A stretch of DNA of 64,000 nt. Source: Rhynchopus sp. YZ270_cl-10. Lineage: Eukaryota. The stretch lies in NCBI GenBank assembly GCA_964035575.1, contig OZ037834.1, positions 1,798,001-1,862,000 on the forward strand. The letters run 5' to 3'. The position numbers and the translations under genes were made by a program. Positions 59,797 to 64,000 of the stretch are shown in pieces (position 1 is the first letter of the stretch; every line of letters starts with the position of its first letter). Below the pieces are notes generated by a model. The model was not told where the DNA came from, did not search any database, and saw only the letters and a program-made list of their open reading frames with translations.

Positions 59797-61530
59797 ATGG
59801 GGAACACTTCATGCTGTGCGAAGGAGGTTAGTGAGACATACCGACGTGGCCCCGCACCGACAGGGACTGCGAGCTATACGGGCCCTTCGACGTCGCAGGG
59901 GTTGACTAACAGCGATGCGTCTGAGTCGCCAAGGAGCGGGAAGGGGGTAGGGCCGTTGTACGTGTGCAAGCCAAGGGAAAGGCGTGGAGTAGCGGATGGA
60001 ACCCCTGCAGAGCTGCGTGCGCTGGGGGAGATGGTGTTGGAAAGAATGGCAGAAGGTGTAGCCTCAGATCTGTCGTGGTTTAGTAGAAAGACCTCTGTCG
60101 AAATATGGGATGCGACCAAGGTTCTTTCCCGCCGTTTCTCGGCAGAACACCTCAGCCGTATTGTCTCCACAGCAGACCTCCCTGAAGCAACAAAACAAAA
60201 CATTGCTGCAGTGATTGCGGCGAATCGGGGTGCCATGCTGTCAAATGCGGTGACAGATCTTTTTCTTAGAGTCGCTTCGCCTATGGACTCATCGGTGCCA
60301 GCGAATACCGTAATCTTCCCGAGTTTGAACCATTTGATGGGGAAGATTGCGACCCGGTTGGATGGTGGTGCGTTGAAAGGGTCTTTAGATTGCGTTTCTT
60401 TGGTTCTCTCGAGATGTCCTGATTTTGAGGAGGATTCGAGAATTTTGGAGCAGGCGGTTCTCGAAGACATTGTGTATGAAGTATTGCAGCATTTTTCTTT
60501 GGCAGAACACCAGGAAATCGCCTCGTTGGGGTGTGTGGGGATTGACAATCTTGGCAAAACCTGTGCGATTGCGACGGCGATTCATGCACTCTCCGCAACG
60601 TCTAGTGTGCGTGCGTATCTTCTCCTTCTTGATGAAGAAAATGCGACAGAGTGCAACAAGCAGACTGTCACGACCACCGCGCTTTCCGCATTTTTAAAAC
60701 AGATTTGGTCGGTAGAACACCTCAGAAGGGGGTACTCAGAGAACCCACGGAACGTCATCAAAACGCTCGAAACGGTGTGGAATGGTGACCCGTTGTCGTC
60801 ATTGGACGTACATGAGGTGTTCAGTACATTTCTCGACCGGATTCATGAGTTCCAAAAGGATGCTGGGCATATGGAGGGAGGGGAGACATTCGTTTCGCGT
60901 GCGTTCTATGGGAAGTCGAGCACCGGGTTGGAGTGTACGAAGTGCAAGAAGGGGTGCGCGGTGCCGGAGCCGTTCTCCATTCTGTCTGTTCCGTTGGAGG
61001 CGAAGGCAGGAGCGGTGTCGTTGAAGGCATGTCTTGACACGTCGTTCGCAGCAGAGAAGGTGACGCGGGAATGCCCATCCTGCAAGCACAATGTTGCACG
61101 CAAGACAACAAAGGTTGCGTCCCTCCCCAAGCACGTTGTCGTGCATGTGAAGCGCTTCGGCTGTACAGGCAACAAGATAGAGACCCCTGTCCGTGTGTCC
61201 AAGAAGCTGGACATGGCGCAATACTGCACAGACAGCGTGTCCCTAGCGGAGAAAGGTGACTACTCGCTGACAGGGGTGTTGTGCCACTTCGCGTCGAAGG
61301 AAGGGGTTGGGCACTACACCGCAGTGACGAACCTCAGTCATTCAGCGAAGTTTTATATGTTCGATGATCACGTGGTTCGCACTATCAACGTATGTATTCC
61401 ACGCCCCGTTCCCTTTCAAAATAATAAAATCTGTCTGCACTTCACTTCATTCGTTTTTTCTTCACAGGAGGAACCCCCGCAGAAGCCCTACGCTGCTTAC
61501 TACGTGGTCATGTACGAGAGGAACGACTAA
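59797..61530 (+). CDS. Ubiquitin-specific protease (peptidase C19) with N-terminal dual acylation motif; probable intron 61390-61467
   Basis: Starts MGNTSCC. Cys box GIDNLGKTC, DVHE, CxxC pairs, LPKHVVVHVKRF, His box GVLCH...GHYTA...FDD. A 78-nt in-frame GTATGT...TTCACAG segment is likely an intron. Confidence 0.9.
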   Translation: MGNTSCCAKEVSETYRRGPAPTGTASYTGPSTSQGLTNSDASESPRSGKGVGPLYVCKPRERRGVADGTPAELRALGEMVLERMAEGVASDLSWFSRKTSVEIWDATKVLSRRFSAEHLSRIVSTADLPEATKQNIAAVIAANRGAMLSNAVTDLFLRVASPMDSSVPANTVIFPSLNHLMGKIATRLDGGALKGSLDCVSLVLSRCPDFEEDSRILEQAVLEDIVYEVLQHFSLAEHQEIASLGCVGIDNLGKTCAIATAIHALSATSSVRAYLLLLDEENATECNKQTVTTTALSAFLKQIWSVEHLRRGYSENPRNVIKTLETVWNGDPLSSLDVHEVFSTFLDRIHEFQKDAGHMEGGETFVSRAFYGKSSTGLECTKCKKGCAVPEPFSILSVPLEAKAGAVSLKACLDTSFAAEKVTRECPSCKHNVARKTTKVASLPKHVVVHVKRFGCTGNKIETPVRVSKKLDMAQYCTDSVSLAEKGDYSLTGVLCHFASKEGVGHYTAVTNLSHSAKFYMFDDHVVRTINVCIPRPVPFQNNKICLHFTSFVFSSQEEPPQKPYAAYYVVMYERND

Positions 61531-62237
61531 AAAGAACGTGAAGTTGGGTCCAGCTCTTCGTAACGTTTCTTTCCTTCCTTTTTGTTGTGTTCAGTTATCC
61601 TACCTTCCCTCGCGTCAATCCTTCGGGTCACAGGTGTGTGGCTGTGCCTTTTGCTTCAAAAAGGGAGTATTTTCCTTCAATGCCCATCGAAAAAAAAAAT
61701 GAAAAATCCGAGTGGAGAACCATCGTCAGCGAACATTTTTTGCTATCATTGTGAAATCGATCCCAATCCCGATCCCGTTTCCCAAAATTTCAAGACTCGT
61801 TCATCCATTTTCTTTCCTGATTTACACCCCATCCCCATTTTTGGCTTTTTTTTTTTTTGAAAAGCAATATTTTCACTAGCCGTTTTTTATTTCTATTTTC
61901 GTGAATGGAAAAAAGTTGGAACGTAAAATACTTGCAACCCAATAATTTTGGAACTCTGTTGGAACGCGGGATAAAAAATGTTGGAACGCTTAGCCTTGAG
62001 CCAAGCGTTCCAACATTATTGCGGTACAACCTTTTTACTTTGACGGTATTTATTTTTACACCCCTTTTATTCTTATATGTTATGTACACACCCGTATATT
62101 TCAAGCTTTCCCCAACCCCCTGCCGTGGCCGATAAAACAATAATACATTAGTCACCACTTCGTGGTTTGCACTAATGGGGAAAAAAATGTAGTGGACACT
62201 GTCTGTCATGACAGTACTGCACTAAACCAACAAGTTA

Positions 62238-62295
62238 TGGTGTTCCGGAAACACCTTTCAAGGACATGTCAATGTAGGCCCCCTCCGGAACACCA
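62238..62295. mobile_element. 58-bp TGGTG..CACCA element with 5-bp TSD; inverted relative at 51479-51547
   Basis: TIR TGGTGTTCCGGA; AGTTA on both sides. Confidence 0.8.
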
Positions 62296-62894
62296 AGTTA
62301 TCAAAAAAAATATTTCTCTTTTTTTTTTTTTTTTTTTTTTGAGTCGTAGAATTTAATGATTTGTTCTTTAAAATGCTTCATCAGGTCTGTTTCCCTTCTC
62401 CCCCTTATTTTGTGTGCTCTCTCTTCTTTAACGGAAAAACTACAGTAAAACACCGGTGGGGTAAAAAAAAACTAAGGTCTGGTGTGATTCAGGGGGTACG
62501 GAGAACCCACGGACAACCCACGGAAGAACCACGGGGGAACGACGGAGACTATATTAAGATTTGCGGAGCACCTTCGGGAGAACCACGGGGGAACCACGGA
62601 GAATCCGTTTGGGTGATCGCACCAAAGGTGGATTTTTAGGATTTCAAAAAACTGTAGGGATGTTTTTTTTTTTTTTACCCCCACCGATGTTTGTTGTCTT
62701 TCTGTACATGAAAATGATGTGTTACAACTGGGTCGACAGTTCCATCTTGTCAAATGGCCTCATATTATGTTTAGATGTCTTGTGCACGAGAGGTTCATTT
62801 TCTTGCAAATTATTTTCCACTCTTTTTGCTTCTTTTTTTCAAGATGACAACGCACATGGTGCTTTTGATTATCTTACAATCTTACAATATTTCT

Positions 62895-62927
<33 letters not shown>

Positions 62928-64000
62928 AGAATTTCACTGGTACTGACTGTTCGCCCCTGAGCCTCCCTCCTGAAAGCGGGAGAAAAATGCCCTGTTCTCT
63001 GTTCCCACTACCCTGTCAATAACCTGAAATCGTTCTGGGACTCTCCTTCCTCATTTCAATGCGTAAGAGAGAGCGTATATCTAACTAGGTTCTTTCAAGG
63101 TTTATTTGTGTTTGTTTGTTTTTTGTACCGAAGACAGTTTCCAAAATTTTCTTTCGGGAAAAGAAACCTGTGCGTAACAATAACCCTAACCATATTCGTT
63201 CATTTCTTCTTTGTATATTCCCTACCACTCAGGTGGGGATGAGATGTGATCAGAGTTGGGGATCACAATAGATACACCAAAAAAAAAAATTGAGTACCTT
63301 TTTTTGTATTTGAAAGATGGTAACATTTTTTGTAGTGTCCCCTCTTATGCTATCAATTTATTGATTTTCATGTTGAAATACTATTTGTTAAATTGCTTTT
63401 TGGTAATAGTACATATTCATCCCTGAGGTGATCTCCATCCCCTCTTTACGAGTGTATTTCCAGCGCTGATATGACAATTTTTTTTTTTGGCTCCTTTTGT
63501 TCGGTGTATGTGTACAATATGCACATTCATCTCAACCTTTTTTCTTCTTTTCTTAATCATTCTTCGGATACACTGTCACGAGAGGGCTTTGTATTTCAAG
63601 TCAACATTCTTCTTTGTCATAAGTCGCGACGATCCCCTTATTGGTGTGCATCTATCCTTTACAATAGGGTCCTGTACGATAACGATTGTGATCCAGGTAA
63701 CTAAGTACAGTGCGGGGAAAGAGAGCGAGAGCGAGAGGGGGGGGAACATGCAAGGGAAAAGAGAAAGGGTTTTTGTTTCGTCAGACCAGTGTTTTTCTTA
63801 ATGCATTGTTGTTTTTTTTGTTTTCAATGTTCTGTTTTTTTTTTTTTTTTTTTTTGTGCATACCTCGACAGTGACGAGCCTTTTTGGGGGTTTGCTGTCG
63901 CGGCGACGAGTTTTTTTTTAAACCCCTTTTTTTGCTGATGTCCCATCCTTTGGGAATTTTTTTTTTAAATCAGTTTTTTTTTTGTCTTTTTTTGTGGTGG

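Overview
Eukaryotic nuclear DNA, most consistent with a euglenozoan protist and probably a diplonemid (inference). All 11 credible protein genes lie on the + strand, like a polycistronic directional cluster. Several carry GT-AG introns with AC-rich 3' ends. Products include an amastin-like protein and trypanosomatid-type class III adenylate cyclases. Genes in order: a multi-exon adhesin with bacterial-type cadherin/Ig-like repeats (5'-truncated), a Ubl-like+2xLamG protein, an amastin-like protein, an EF-hand coiled-coil protein, a hypothetical protein, a membrane adenylate cyclase, a TPT/SLC35 transporter, a degenerate cyclase paralog, an acylated LRR protein, a RING-like protein and an acylated USP. 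Intergenic DNA holds many non-autonomous DNA transposons with readable TIRs and TSDs (piggyBac, hAT, MULE, PIF/Harbinger, Tc1/mariner, CAC..GTG/2-bp-TSD, TG..CA/5-bp-TSD, Crypton-like), often nested. The most unusual signal is a set of short dispersed hairpins seen only in the sense orientation. They depend on G-U pairs, swap their stems compensatorily and share an ACGAGAGG apical loop. A repeated pseudoknot with HDV-ribozyme-like topology is also present. Together these suggest an undescribed RNA-level cis-element system. All calls are by eye; no searches were run.
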